DNA of 53,331 bases from a virus (taxonomy: Duplodnaviria > Caudoviricetes). The translations under genes were made by a program, and so were the position numbers. The stretch covers positions 1 through 53,331 of the IMG/VR virus record IMGVR_UViG_3300036828_001070; one strand, 5' to 3'. This document shows positions 53,331-53,331 of this stretch, one piece after another. How positions within the stretch are numbered: position 1 is the stretch's first letter; every line of letters begins with the position of its first letter. The notes beneath the pieces are model-generated. The model was not told the DNA's origin. It saw only the letters and a program-made list of their open reading frames with translations, and did no database searches.

Positions 53331-53331
53331 A

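Noticed and set aside
53295-53331. Perfect 16-bp terminal inverted repeat suggesting a hairpin telomere
   Set aside because: It lies inside a coding frame at the contig end, no protelomerase is present and the phage has int/attP; most likely a fold-back read or assembly artefact

Overview
The window is almost certainly a near-complete (~53 kb) genome of a temperate, short-tailed (podovirus-like) dsDNA phage in its excised or circular form. An intact attP (3' half of tRNA-Gln(CTG) plus direct arm repeats) lies mid-window beside a tyrosine integrase and excisionase, and one large tail gene appears split across the two window ends. Minus-strand modules: terminase, portal, scaffold, a free-standing LAGLIDADG endonuclease, major capsid, decoration/adaptor/tail and ejection proteins; a run of small genes with an N-acetylmuramidase endolysin; and replication/recombination genes (HTH initiator with iterons, primase-helicase, SSB, Sak4-like ATPase, circularly permuted Cas4/RecB-like nuclease, RusA, HNH). 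A plus-strand early/accessory region (27.2-34.1 kb) carries DUF932, small hypotheticals, Imm superinfection immunity, an XRE regulator, BrnT/BrnA and a serine recombinase. The most notable content is non-coding. (1) A type II hammerhead and a twister-like ribozyme flank the first early gene. (2) A covarying hairpin with an invariant UACCA loop abuts the AGGAGA Shine-Dalgarno of four genes. (3) A multi-hairpin RNA upstream of the XRE gene displays UUCUCC and CUGGUAA loops complementary to that motif, suggesting RNA-based immunity. (4) An 18-bp palindromic operator TGTAG-N8-CTACA recurs at promoters and gene starts across the genome. All calls were made by eye from motifs and synteny; no searches were run. 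The host is not determinable here.
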